Shown here: positions 1 to 8,769 of the stretch, one piece after another
Numbering within the stretch: position 1 is the first letter of the stretch
How the letters are laid out: every line of letters starts with the position of its first letter
Assembly (NCBI GenBank): GCA_902532225.1
Contig: CACAHI010000002.1
Location: 569 to 64,568, forward strand
Direction: 5' to 3'
DNA length: 64,000 nt
Source: an uncultured Pelagibacteraceae bacterium
GTDB lineage: Bacteria; Pseudomonadota; Alphaproteobacteria; Pelagibacterales; Pelagibacteraceae
The notes under the pieces: generated by a model
Database searches by the model: none
What the model was told of the DNA's origin: nothing
What the model saw: only the letters and a program-made list of their open reading frames with translations
Position numbers and translations under genes: made by a program

Positions 1-48
1 TAGCACCTAATAACTTTGGAAAACTTGTTATCATTAAATTTATATCCA

Positions 49-741
49 TTAAAAGCCCCTGCTATATTTAATTTCCAGTCTATTAATTAACTTCATGCTT
101 AAAAATGTAAGTAATAAATATAAAACTGCTGCAAATGAATAAAAGAAAAGTGGATCTCTCGTTGACCCAGCAGCAATGTATGATTGTCTCATTATTTCAA
201 CTAAGCCTGTAACTGATATTAAAGATGTGTCTTTTAAAGTAATTTGCCAAACATTGCTCAAATTAGGAATTGCTAATCTTAACATTTGAGGCATGATTAC
301 TCTAAAAAAATAAACAAATCTCTTAAGTCCTAAAACTTGTGAAGCTTCAAACTGTCCTTTGTCTATAGATTGAATAGCTCCTCTAAAAACTTCTGTTGAA
401 TATGCGCCAGATATAATACCGATAGCAAATGATCCGGTTACAAATGCATTAATTTCAATATATTCGTTGTACCCAAATATAGACGCTACATACATAATGG
501 CACCACTCCCACCAAAAAAAAATAAATAAATTACTAGTAATTCTGGAACTCCTCTGATTACTGTTGTGTAAGAGTTTCCAATAAGATTAAAAAATTTATT
601 TTTAGATAATTTAAGTGGAGTAAATATTAATGCAAAAAGAAAACCTATAAACATAGCTGTAATTGATACAGCCACAGTCATTAGGGTTGCATAAAATAGT
701 TCATCACCCCAACCAGTATCTCCAAATGCTAGAAGTCCCAT
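49..741 (-). CDS. Polar amino-acid ABC transporter permease (HisQ/OccQ family)
   Basis: Hydrophobic 230 aa; RGVPEL and AYSTEVFRGAIQSIDKGQFEAS (EAA loop) motifs; follows the substrate-binding protein gene. Confidence 0.9.
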   Translation of the reverse strand: MGLLAFGDTGWGDELFYATLMTVAVSITAMFIGFLFALIFTPLKLSKNKFFNLIGNSYTTVIRGVPELLVIYLFFFGGSGAIMYVASIFGYNEYIEINAFVTGSFAIGIISGAYSTEVFRGAIQSIDKGQFEASQVLGLKRFVYFFRVIMPQMLRLAIPNLSNVWQITLKDTSLISVTGLVEIMRQSYIAAGSTRDPLFFYSFAAVLYLLLTFLSMKLINRLEIKYSRGF

Positions 742-747
742 ACAGAC

Positions 748-775
748 TGGCGACTATATAATATTATAGTCGCCA
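748..775 (-). terminator. Stem-loop between SBP and permease genes (terminator or mRNA stabiliser)
   Basis: 11-bp inverted repeat TGGCGACTATA...TATAGTCGCCA in the 47-nt gap; no clear U-tract on the minus strand. Confidence 0.6.
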
Positions 776-788
776 AATCTTAAATTAA

Positions 789-1616
789 TTACATAGAAGC
801 GTCAAAACCGAACCATTTAGTAGCAATTCTACTAATGTCTCCGTTCTTTCTCGCTTTATCAATTGCTTTGTTAAAAGCATTTAAAAGTTCAGTATCATCT
901 TTTCTAATACCAACTCCTACACCGTTACCAAATGCACCGCCTGAAAAAGTTGGTCCAGTTAAAACAACTGGTTTACCAGATTTTTCTGCATAATCACTGA
1001 ATGCTACCGCAGCAGCTAGTGCAGCGTCACATCTTCCTGATGTTAAATCTAAGTTAACTTCATCCTGTGTTTTATAAGTTCTTACATTCACTTTTCCAAC
1101 ATCGCCTGAGTCTAAAAAGTTTTGGTGAATTGTAGCCGTTTGTACACAAACTGTTTTTCCAGCTAAAGCACCTGTAAGGGTTTTTAATGCCTTTTTAGCT
1201 GCAGCATCAGGTTTGGTTAAATTTATTCCAGCAGGTGTATCTAATCCTTCAAGACTAGATCCTTTCATTACTGCTAATGAAGCAACTTCGTCTGCATATC
1301 CTTGCGAAAAGCTAATTGCTTTTTGTCTTTCTGCAGTAATTGACATTCCCGCCATTATTGCATCAAACTTTCTCATTATAAGTGCTGGTATCATTCCATC
1401 CCAATCTTGTTCAACGATCACACATTGTTGGCCAATATATCTACAAAGTGTCCAAGCTAACTCAACTTCGAATCCAATTAGTTTACCTGACTCATCTTTA
1501 GAGTTCCAAGGTGGGTATGCGCCTTCTGTTCCTATTCTTATTTTATCAGCATTAGCAGATATTGTTAAAAATAAAGTTATCAATAACCCTAAGCTAAATT
1601 TTTTAATTATATTCAT
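789..1616 (-). CDS. Basic amino-acid (Arg/Lys/Orn/opine-type) ABC substrate-binding protein, family 3
   Basis: IGTEGAYPPWN and QDWDGMIPAL...MSITAER motifs; start moved to ATG at 1616 (MNIIKKF, signal peptide) with GGAGG just upstream. Confidence 0.9.
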   Translation of the reverse strand: MNIIKKFSLGLLITLFLTISANADKIRIGTEGAYPPWNSKDESGKLIGFEVELAWTLCRYIGQQCVIVEQDWDGMIPALIMRKFDAIMAGMSITAERQKAISFSQGYADEVASLAVMKGSSLEGLDTPAGINLTKPDAAAKKALKTLTGALAGKTVCVQTATIHQNFLDSGDVGKVNVRTYKTQDEVNLDLTSGRCDAALAAAVAFSDYAEKSGKPVVLTGPTFSGGAFGNGVGVGIRKDDTELLNAFNKAIDKARKNGDISRIATKWFGFDASM

Positions 1617-1675
1617 TTTCCCTCCAATAATATAAATCGGAGTATTCCATAAAATTAAGGATTTAAAAAGAATAA

Positions 1676-2716
1676 TTATCTGTTTATTGACGTGGCAAAA
1701 TTCCAAGAACAATCAAAACTTGGTATATAAACTCTATCTAATACAGTGTTTCCAAAACTTTTGTCGAATAATTTTAACCAATTATTAACTTGTTTTGGTT
1801 TTTTGTCTTGGCTTCCTACTTGAGCAGTAATGGTTCCGCTTGGTTTTAATATTCTTTTGAGTGAATTAATATTTCTAGCTGCAAGATCAATACAATATTG
1901 ATCATCATTAAGATCAACAAATATCTTATCGTATTTATTATCTTCTACTTTTTTAATACTTTCAAAAGCATCTCCCCAAATACATTTTACTGAATTTTTA
2001 CTTGTAGCTTTTTTTCCAACTCTGGACAAATATTTATCGCAAACTTCAACAACTTCTGGGTCTAGCTCATACCAGTCTATAAAACTAAAGTTTTTGCTTA
2101 TACATTCTCTAGCTACTCCTCCATCTCCACCACCGATTATAGCTGCTTTTTCTTTTTTTTGGCTTAGTTTTAAACCTGAATTTACAAAAGTTGAGCTATA
2201 CAAGTGCTCATCTTTTTCAGCAACTTGTAATTCATTATCTATAAATAATGATTTACCAAATTGTTCTAAATCTAGTATTTCAATATGTTGACCTACTTTT
2301 GATGTAAAATCTTCTAAAACATTCTTTACCATGTAATATTTTTTTAAACCTGGCGAACTATAAATATCATCGTATAGACCAACTGTGTCTCTATTAAATT
2401 CTTTTTTTACAATTCTTTTATGATTGATTTCTTTTTTTAAAATATCTAAGGCAACAATTGGATTAATTTTGCCACAAGTAAAAAAATCAAAACTTATAAT
2501 GCCTTTTTCAGGAAATGTGTGAAAACTTATATGACTTTCGGCCAATAAAGCTACTAAGGTGAAACCTTGTGGTTCAAACTTATATTTTGAGATTTCTAAT
2601 ACTGTAACCTTCGCTTTTTTTGCAATTTTGTAGACAAGTTTTTCAAAGAATTTTGGTTCATATTCTTTAGTAGTGCCAAGAATATCTAATGTAATATGTT
2701 CGCCTACCTTAATCAT
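1676..2716 (-). CDS. speD-speE: S-adenosylmethionine decarboxylase / spermidine synthase fusion
   Basis: N-terminal LLAESHISFHTFPE pyruvoyl self-cleavage motif; C-terminal IIGGGDGG and ELDPEVVE aminopropyltransferase motifs. Confidence 0.9.
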   Translation of the reverse strand: MIKVGEHITLDILGTTKEYEPKFFEKLVYKIAKKAKVTVLEISKYKFEPQGFTLVALLAESHISFHTFPEKGIISFDFFTCGKINPIVALDILKKEINHKRIVKKEFNRDTVGLYDDIYSSPGLKKYYMVKNVLEDFTSKVGQHIEILDLEQFGKSLFIDNELQVAEKDEHLYSSTFVNSGLKLSQKKEKAAIIGGGDGGVARECISKNFSFIDWYELDPEVVEVCDKYLSRVGKKATSKNSVKCIWGDAFESIKKVEDNKYDKIFVDLNDDQYCIDLAARNINSLKRILKPSGTITAQVGSQDKKPKQVNNWLKLFDKSFGNTVLDRVYIPSFDCSWNFATSINR

Positions 2717-2745
2717 TGCTCCCCAATTATAAATTATAAAAAAAA

Positions 2746-3405
2746 TTATGCTTTTTTATAATGTTTAATTTTATCCAAAATTTTATTCATTTCTGCCCAT
2801 GAAAGAATCTTGGGTTTACCAATTTTTAAAGCAATTATGTATTGATGGCAAATATTTTCTACTTCTTCAGCAAGTTCAAAAGCTTGTTTTAGATTTGTAC
2901 CAAATGCAACCTGTCCGTGGTTTGACATCAAACATGCTTTTCTTTTTTCTAAAGCTTTAAGAATGTTGGTTGAAAGATCATCGGTGCCAAATGTTGCATA
3001 TTCGGCGCATTTGATATCATCACCTCCCGCTAAAGCGACCATATAATGAAAAGCAGGTATTGAATTACCATGTGCTGAAACAGCAGTTGCATGCGGTGAA
3101 TGAGCGTGAACAATTGCTTTAGCTTCTATTTTTTTTAAATAAATATCTTGATGAAAGCGCCATTCTGATGATGGATTAAGTCCAGTATTAAACAATTTGA
3201 GGTTGTCATATTTTTCCTTCAAAGCTAAAAAAACAATGTCTTCAGGAATCAAACTTTCGTATCGTTTACCTGAGGGTGTTAAAAGAAAACCTTCAACTCC
3301 ATTGTTATTAACTCTTACTGAAACATTTCCTGATCTCAAAGGTGATAAATTAGTGCTATTTAACTTTTGAGCATATTCAATTACTTGTTTTTTTAGTTCA
3401 ATCAT
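2746..3405 (-). CDS. Class II aldolase (FucA/Ald2-like)
   Basis: SGNVS, TPSG, PSSEWRFH, VHAHS and NHG zinc-binding motifs. Confidence 0.85.
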   Translation of the reverse strand: MIELKKQVIEYAQKLNSTNLSPLRSGNVSVRVNNNGVEGFLLTPSGKRYESLIPEDIVFLALKEKYDNLKLFNTGLNPSSEWRFHQDIYLKKIEAKAIVHAHSPHATAVSAHGNSIPAFHYMVALAGGDDIKCAEYATFGTDDLSTNILKALEKRKACLMSNHGQVAFGTNLKQAFELAEEVENICHQYIIALKIGKPKILSWAEMNKILDKIKHYKKA

Positions 3406-3419
3406 CTAAGTTTTATCAT

Positions 3420-4298
3420 TTATTTTTTAAAAATTTTTTTTAAAAATCTTCCAGGAAATTTAATTTCTCTAAATAGATAAAAAACAATTCTGTGAAATAA
3501 ATTATAATCACCAGGAAATTTTCTAAGAAATTTTGGTAAAAATTGAAATTTGTTATTTTCAATCTTTATTTTATGCCAACTAATATCGATGGGTTTAGTG
3601 GTGAATAAAGTACCATCATATGTTGTAAAAATAATATTTTTAATATCACTATCATTTCTTAAATCTTCTAAAGAAATATCTTCTTTTTCAACTTGATGTT
3701 TGTAGTTTTCATGAATAAAAATTAAATTAGTCGTTGTAGATGCAACCAAATGATAATTTTTATTTTTAGCTAAATTAATAATAGATTTAGCACTACTACC
3801 TTGTTTTATATTAAAATCTTTTTTCTGGATAAAATCTACTTCATTGGGAATTAAGTGGTTGAATTCAATTATTACAATTTTAGGTTTAAACAAGTTTAGA
3901 TTTTCAAAAATATAATAATCACAACCATCTACATCTATAGACAAAAAATCAAAATTTTTTGGCAAATCAGTGTCTTTTAAAATGTTATCAAGGCTGTTAA
4001 TTCCATCAAATGATACAAATTTGTTAATTTTAATAATTTTTTTGGATATAAAATTTTTTTCCAATTTTTTAAAATATTTTAAATCACTTTCTATTAAAAC
4101 AGCACTATAACTATGATTTTTGATTAAATTGTAGGTATTGGAGTCCAAAATTCCATCTTTTGCTCCAAATTCGACACACCATTTATCCAATTTATTATTA
4201 TCTATGCGATTAATAATTTCATTTAAAATTCCATCTTCTCCAAATTGAGAATATTTTTTTTCAGCATATTTATTTAATAGTTTTCTTATTTCGTTCAT
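3420..4298 (-). CDS. FkbM-like methyltransferase-fold protein
   Basis: YSQFGEDG, VEFGAKDG, DFLSIDVDGCDY and IIEFN motifs. Confidence 0.65.
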   Translation of the reverse strand: MNEIRKLLNKYAEKKYSQFGEDGILNEIINRIDNNKLDKWCVEFGAKDGILDSNTYNLIKNHSYSAVLIESDLKYFKKLEKNFISKKIIKINKFVSFDGINSLDNILKDTDLPKNFDFLSIDVDGCDYYIFENLNLFKPKIVIIEFNHLIPNEVDFIQKKDFNIKQGSSAKSIINLAKNKNYHLVASTTTNLIFIHENYKHQVEKEDISLEDLRNDSDIKNIIFTTYDGTLFTTKPIDISWHKIKIENNKFQFLPKFLRKFPGDYNLFHRIVFYLFREIKFPGRFLKKIFKK

Positions 4299-4309
4299 AA
4301 TTAACTATA

Positions 4310-4870
4310 TTAAAATGATAATAAAACTTGATTTTTAGTCTCATTTATTACTTTAAATTTCCTCTCAATCATAAATTTAATTGATAAATTAGTTTTTTGC
4401 CCTTTATCATCTAATAAAACAAGTGATTTTTCATGTAATTTATCTATAGCAAATTTTATTTCGTTAAGCTGATGTTCAGATGAATTTTTATAGAAACCAT
4501 CTAAAGAATCTAGATATAAAAAATCAATTTTTTTATCAAAATTTTTTAAAAAATTAACACTATCGTCTTTCACAAATGTGACATGGTTTTTATTTTTTCT
4601 AACAAATTTCCTAGCATTATCTAAATTTTCTTTACTAATATCACATGTGTATAGGTGTCCATTAATAAATTGTGCATAGTCAGAAAATATCATTGTACTC
4701 ATTCCATCATTCCAGTTTTTTTTGACAAAAAATAAAAGTTTTTGTTTACCTCTTGATACTCCTGTCTCAACTAAAATTTTATGATTTCTCTTGTATGCTT
4801 CATCTAAAGCAAATTTAAATGAATCAAATCTAAAATTTTTTGGGTGGTTGTAGTAACTAATAAAATTCAT
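4310..4870 (-). CDS. Class I SAM-dependent methyltransferase (Methyltransf_24-like)
   Basis: LVETG, DDSVNFL, IDFLYLDS and VLLDD motifs. Confidence 0.65.
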   Translation of the reverse strand: MNFISYYNHPKNFRFDSFKFALDEAYKRNHKILVETGVSRGKQKLLFFVKKNWNDGMSTMIFSDYAQFINGHLYTCDISKENLDNARKFVRKNKNHVTFVKDDSVNFLKNFDKKIDFLYLDSLDGFYKNSSEHQLNEIKFAIDKLHEKSLVLLDDKGQKTNLSIKFMIERKFKVINETKNQVLLSF

Positions 4871-5067
4871 TTAGATTTACTAATTTCTTTTTTACAGTAT
4901 TTAAAGGCGTCCTCTTTATTCATTATTTCAGAAGATTTGTTAGTTTGATATAAAATACAAGCTGACAATGATTTTTTAAGATTGTAATCGCTATATTTTT
5001 TACTTACAAAAACTAAAGCTAAAATTAGTCCCATAAAAAATAAAATGTTTTTTAAATTTTTTTTCAT
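4867..5067 (-). CDS. Small membrane-anchored hypothetical protein
   Basis: 66 aa, N-terminal hydrophobic helix, two Cys; tightly coupled to both neighbours. Confidence 0.6.
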   Translation of the reverse strand: MKKNLKNILFFMGLILALVFVSKKYSDYNLKKSLSACILYQTNKSSEIMNKEDAFKYCKKEISKSK

Positions 5068-5069
5068 TT

Positions 5070-6374
5070 TTAAATCTCGCTGTTTGCTTTTAACCTTTCA
5101 TAAAATAATCTTGAATTGATTCCAATATTTAAAAAGGGTTGAGGCGGTAGCCAATTGGGCTTCTTTCTATCTTCAATAACTTGAATTATGTCACTTTGTT
5201 GATTTGATGCCATTAATGCTATTTGTTCTCCGAACAATGTTCCAACGCCAATACCTGATCCATTATAACATCCTGCAACATATATATTTTCATCTAATTT
5301 TTCAAAAATTTGACTTCCATTGCCACTTCTACAAACAACTCCTGACCAAGTGTTCTCAATTATATCTTCGGGCAAACTTGAAAATCTTTTTTTTAAACCG
5401 ATCTTATGGTATTTCAAATTTTTAGTTAAATCATTATTATCCATAAAATTTGGTTTTTTGTTTTCAACTGTATTTCTTATAAGTATTCTTCTATCTTTTG
5501 TCATTCTTACGGTTGCACCCATCGGTCTAACAGGCAGTATTCCCCATTCTTTTGGTTGACCAATGCTTTCAAATTCTTTTTCTGTAAGTTGTCTGGTCAT
5601 ACTAGCTGTCAATGTAAGTGGAAAACTATATCTTTTTTTAACACCTAGTAAATTTAAAAAACCATTTGAACAGAAAATTATTTTATCTGTAATTAAATTA
5701 TGCTTGTTAATGCGAGCATGAATTTTTTTGTTTTGTTTGCTCCATTTTATTAATGTTGAATTTTCATATATATTTACATTTTGTGGTAATGCGCTAATCA
5801 TTGATCTAGCTAGCTTTGCTGGATTAATCAATATTCCACCATAAGTATAAAGTGCTACTTTATAAAATTCTGTTCCTAATCTTTTTTTTAAATCGTTTTG
5901 GTATAATATTTTGTTTTTGTAATTAATTTTTGATAATAATTTACTAAATTCTTTCACTTTTATTTCATCCTCAATTTTTGATGAAGCAAAATATTTTCCA
6001 CATTCATTCCAATCACAATCTACTTGATATTCATTAATAAATTTTTTAACTGAATTAATACCTTGCTTGTAAATTTTTATTTTTTTTAAGTAATCTTGAT
6101 GTTTTTTATTCGATGTGAAACCGTCATTTAAAGTAGTATCCACAAGATAGCCAGAATTTCTACTGCTAGCTCCTTCTCCAGCTAACTGTGCATCTATAAT
6201 TATTATTTTTTTATTTTTTTGAATTTCTCCTAATTGTCTAGCTGCGGAAAGGCCAGTAAAACCTGCTCCAATAATTAAATAATCACATTTTAAATCTTCT
6301 TTTATTACATTTATATTTTTTCTTTTTGGAAGTTGCTTTAACCAACCACAATTGGAATCGTTAACTATTTTCAT
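5070..6374 (-). CDS. FAD-dependent oxidoreductase, DAO family (OrdL/PuuB-like)
   Basis: IIGAGFTGLSAA, GASSRNSG and CYNGSGI motifs. Confidence 0.8.
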   Translation of the reverse strand: MKIVNDSNCGWLKQLPKRKNINVIKEDLKCDYLIIGAGFTGLSAARQLGEIQKNKKIIIIDAQLAGEGASSRNSGYLVDTTLNDGFTSNKKHQDYLKKIKIYKQGINSVKKFINEYQVDCDWNECGKYFASSKIEDEIKVKEFSKLLSKINYKNKILYQNDLKKRLGTEFYKVALYTYGGILINPAKLARSMISALPQNVNIYENSTLIKWSKQNKKIHARINKHNLITDKIIFCSNGFLNLLGVKKRYSFPLTLTASMTRQLTEKEFESIGQPKEWGILPVRPMGATVRMTKDRRILIRNTVENKKPNFMDNNDLTKNLKYHKIGLKKRFSSLPEDIIENTWSGVVCRSGNGSQIFEKLDENIYVAGCYNGSGIGVGTLFGEQIALMASNQQSDIIQVIEDRKKPNWLPPQPFLNIGINSRLFYERLKANSEI

Positions 6375-6386
6375 TATGAGTTTATA

Positions 6387-8225
6387 CTAATCTAACTCAA
6401 ACTGTTTAGTATAGTCTTTTTTTAATGATGGATTTTGTTCTTTTTTAATTAAATAACAATTGCCAATAACTAATGTATCTAGTTCTGTTCCCATAAAACA
6501 ATCAAAAGCATCTTTTGGTGTATTTACTATCGGTTCCCCTCTTACGTTAAAAGATGTGTTAACTATAACTGGACAACTTGTTTTTTCTTTAAATTTTTTT
6601 ATTAATTTATAATAAATTGGATTAGTTTTTTCATTTACAGTTTGAACTCTGGCTGAATAATCTACATGTGTAACTGCCGGTATCTCTGATCTTTGTACAT
6701 TTAACTTATCAATTCCAAATAAATTTTTATCTTTTTCTGACATTTCAATTTTTTTAGAATTATTTATGTTTGCTACCAAAAGCATATAAGGGCTATCTAT
6801 ATTTATTTGAAACCATTCGTTAACATCTTCTCTAAGAACTGAAGGTGCGAACGGTCTAAAACTTTCTCGATATTTAACTTTTAAATTTAAATTTTTTTGC
6901 ATAAATGGAGATCTTGCATCACCCAAGATTGATCTTCCACCTAAGGCTCTTGGTCCAAATTCCATTCTACCTTGGAACCAGCCTACTGCTTTACCGGCAT
7001 TTAAATCCTCGGCCGTTTTATTTATAATATCGTTCTCATCAAATTCATGAAATTTAGCTCCTAAATTACTTAACTTATCTTTTATTTCTTGGTTGGAGAA
7101 TTGAGGTCCTAAATAAGAACCTTTCATATCATCTTCTTTAGAAACAAATCTTTTATTTTTTAATTCCAAATACCATAAGGCTAATGCGCCCCCTAGGGAA
7201 CCGCCAGCGTCACCAGCAGCAGGTTGAATCCAAATATTTTCAAAAATTTTTTCTTCTAAAATTTTACCATTAGCTACACAATTTAATGCAACTCCCCCAG
7301 CCAAACATAAATTAGGAATTTTATATTCTTCTTTTAAAGATTTTGAAATTTTTAAAATAATTTCTTCAGTAACTTTTTGTATTGATGCAGCTATATCCAT
7401 ATGAAACTGTGTAACTTTTTCTATTTTTGGATTTCTTGGAGATTGTCCAAACAAATTATGAAATTTAGAATTTGTCATAGTTAATCCTGTTGAGTAATTA
7501 AAATAATCTTGATTCATTCTAAATGAACCATCGCTTTTAATATCAATTAAATTTTCCTTAATTTTATCTACGTACTTTGGTTCACCATACGGAGCTAGAC
7601 CCATTAATTTATATTCACCACTATTAACTTTGAAACCAGTGTAATATGTAAACGCAGAATATAGTAGACCTAATGAGTGGGGAAAATGTATTTCTTTTTT
7701 TATTTGTAAATCATTTTTATTTCCTATGGCTACGGTAGTTGTTGCCCATTCACCAACACCATCAGCTGTTAAAACTATAGCCTCTTCAAATGGCGAGGGA
7801 TAGAATGCGCTTGCAGCGTGACTAAGATGATGTTCTGAGAAATAAATTTTTTTTTCATCATTAAAATTTTTTTCAATTTTTTTTAATGAATCAATTATGA
7901 TTTTTTTTTGAAATAGTTTTTCTCTTAACCAGGAAGGCATAGCTTTAGCGAATTGGATAAAACCTTTTGGTGCCAATGCTACATATGTTTCTAATAATCT
8001 TTCAAATTTTAAAAAGGGTTTTTCGTAAAAAACAATATAATCTATTTCAGATAATTTTAATTTTGAATATTTTAAAACAAATTTTATAGCATTAAATGGA
8101 TAGCTTGAATCATGTTTTTTTCTTGTAAATCTTTCCTCCTGGGCGGCTGCAATAATCCTTCCATCAACTAAAATAGCTGCAGCGCTATCATGATAAAATG
8201 CTGATATACCTAAAATTGAGGTCAC
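6387..8225 (-). CDS. O-carbamoyltransferase (NodU/CmcH/SxtI family)
   Basis: YHDSAAA, QEERFTRKKH, EHHLSHAAS, GEYKLMGLAPYG, EFGPRALG, RESFRPFAP and NTSFN motifs; GTG start. Confidence 0.95.
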   Translation of the reverse strand: MTSILGISAFYHDSAAAILVDGRIIAAAQEERFTRKKHDSSYPFNAIKFVLKYSKLKLSEIDYIVFYEKPFLKFERLLETYVALAPKGFIQFAKAMPSWLREKLFQKKIIIDSLKKIEKNFNDEKKIYFSEHHLSHAASAFYPSPFEEAIVLTADGVGEWATTTVAIGNKNDLQIKKEIHFPHSLGLLYSAFTYYTGFKVNSGEYKLMGLAPYGEPKYVDKIKENLIDIKSDGSFRMNQDYFNYSTGLTMTNSKFHNLFGQSPRNPKIEKVTQFHMDIAASIQKVTEEIILKISKSLKEEYKIPNLCLAGGVALNCVANGKILEEKIFENIWIQPAAGDAGGSLGGALALWYLELKNKRFVSKEDDMKGSYLGPQFSNQEIKDKLSNLGAKFHEFDENDIINKTAEDLNAGKAVGWFQGRMEFGPRALGGRSILGDARSPFMQKNLNLKVKYRESFRPFAPSVLREDVNEWFQINIDSPYMLLVANINNSKKIEMSEKDKNLFGIDKLNVQRSEIPAVTHVDYSARVQTVNEKTNPIYYKLIKKFKEKTSCPVIVNTSFNVRGEPIVNTPKDAFDCFMGTELDTLVIGNCYLIKKEQNPSLKKDYTKQFELD

Positions 8226-8375
8226 TTAAAAAATTGTGTAAATGAATGGGGCCACTGCAGATCCTTGAGTTAAAATTATCAAACCTCCAAATAATACTAA
8301 AACAATTATAATTGGTAACAACCAATATTTTTTTCTAATTTTTATAAATTCCCAAAATTCTTTTACAAAACTCAT
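8226..8375 (-). CDS. Small membrane protein, SxtK/DUF5989-like (49 aa; not in ORF track)
   Basis: Manual translation MSFVKEFWEFIKIRKKYWLLPIIIVLVLFGGLIILTQGSAVAPFIYTIF; exactly fills the gap between its neighbours. Confidence 0.85.
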   Translation of the reverse strand: MSFVKEFWEFIKIRKKYWLLPIIIVLVLFGGLIILTQGSAVAPFIYTIF

Positions 8376-8765
8376 TTAAAATTGATTCTTCATGCTAGTC
8401 ATTTGTGATTTTTTTTCAATCCAATAAGTATTTTTATTGTTTTTTTTTAAACCTATTAGATCTTTTCTTAGTATTTTCATCACTATTCCTGTAGGTAAGA
8501 CAACTCCAAAAAAAATTATAGCCATAACAATAGGAGAGATAATATTTCCTAATAAAATACCAAATTTAAACCAAATTTTATTTAAAGGAGTTAAGATACT
8601 TGAATTTATCATCCCTAAAATTAAAAAAATAAAAGAAATAATTAAGGACCATAATCTTAAATCTTGTCCTTTTAACATTGGATATAATGCAATTATTAAG
8701 AAAACTATAAAAAAAACTATTCCAAAGCTTTTATTTGATCCAATTTTGATATCGTTATTTTTCAA
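8376..8765 (-). CDS. SxtJ-family membrane protein
   Basis: SNKSFG, PLNKIWFKFGILLG and terminal YWI...MKNQF pattern; upstream of the carbamoyltransferase. Confidence 0.85.
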   Translation of the reverse strand: MKNNDIKIGSNKSFGIVFFIVFLIIALYPMLKGQDLRLWSLIISFIFLILGMINSSILTPLNKIWFKFGILLGNIISPIVMAIIFFGVVLPTGIVMKILRKDLIGLKKNNKNTYWIEKKSQMTSMKNQF

Positions 8766-8769
8766 TCAA

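Noticed and set aside
1617-1712. N-terminal extension of the amino-acid SBP ORF
   Set aside because: It overlaps the speD-speE gene; the RBS and signal peptide support the start at 1616
6387-8765. Saxitoxin biosynthesis cluster
   Set aside because: Only sxtI/J/K-like genes are present; no sxtA, sxtG or other core genes in the window
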